A stretch of 52,543 nt of DNA from Hydrolagus affinis. Taxonomy: Eukaryota. The stretch is taken from the NCBI GenBank assembly GCA_012026655.1, contig JAAILG010002620.1, forward strand, positions 1 to 52,543, in the 5' to 3' direction. Position numbers and translations under genes: made by a program. Of this stretch, positions 52,001-52,543 are shown one piece after another. Numbering within the stretch: position 1 is the first letter of the stretch; the number at the start of each line of letters is the position of its first letter. Under the pieces are notes generated by a model. It saw nothing but the letters and a program-made list of their open reading frames with translations. It was not told the origin of the DNA and did not search any database.

Positions 52001-52543
52001 TCAGTGGCTCACTTGAAAAGTTGCAAACGAGGGAATTTTTACCCCTATCTTGCCTCCTACGCTGCTCGGCTTCCCCTTTCATGTAGTCCGATCGCAATAA
52101 GCAATAGGAGCAAGTGTTTTCTCTTTAGTGATCTGTTTACAGCCTTAGTGCATGAAGTCATAAATCTTACGTAGCCATAAACGACAGAAGCATTGGTATG
52201 CATAAGAGGTGACCATGGCTCATATACCTCTTTCACTGCTCGCCTTTCCCACTCGGTTTTGGTTTTGAAGCGTAACTTTTCTCTCCTGTGCCTGTACACT
52301 TTCACCTTAAGAGTTTTTAACACGTCCAAACTATGGATATTAGACTCGCCGTGGCTTTATTACTAATTGTGCTCCTTGAAAAGAGTCGGCATTTTATCTT
52401 TGTCCAATATTTCCTGCTAATTACATACGCCCTTTATTCCAAACAAAGGCCCTTCTTTACAACAAAGAGTTAATAAAACTTAATACAAACTACTTTTACA
52501 TTAAATATTAAGGTACTGATAAGAGGTTAGTCGGTTATTTTTT

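Noticed and set aside
43220-52543. HoxA3 coding exon or other protein gene in the last 9 kb
   Set aside because: No Hox3 N-terminus, hexapeptide or homeobox in any frame; ORFs are short and unremarkable

Overview
Eukaryotic genomic DNA: the middle of a vertebrate HoxA cluster. Five intact two-exon homeobox genes lie on the + strand in the order HoxA9, HoxA7, HoxA6, HoxA5, HoxA4. They are followed by about 13 kb of non-coding DNA holding the probable distal promoter and first non-coding exon of HoxA3, whose coding exons lie beyond the window. Retention of HoxA6 and HoxA7, compact introns and the protein sequences suggest a cartilaginous fish (inference, species not established). The two most interesting signals are apparent molecular fossils of genes normally absent from HoxA: a decayed Hox8 gene at the expected position between HoxA9 and HoxA7 (about 6660-7400), and a seed-dead mir-10 hairpin about 1.5 kb upstream of HoxA4 (about 36358-36412). 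Also visible are DR5 retinoic-acid response elements around HoxA4, miR-196 target sites paired just behind proximal poly(A) signals in HoxA9 and HoxA7, a uORF whose stop overlaps the HoxA4 start, candidate bidirectional/antisense promoters and a diverged tandem duplication. Comparisons with other species are from recalled sequences, not database searches.
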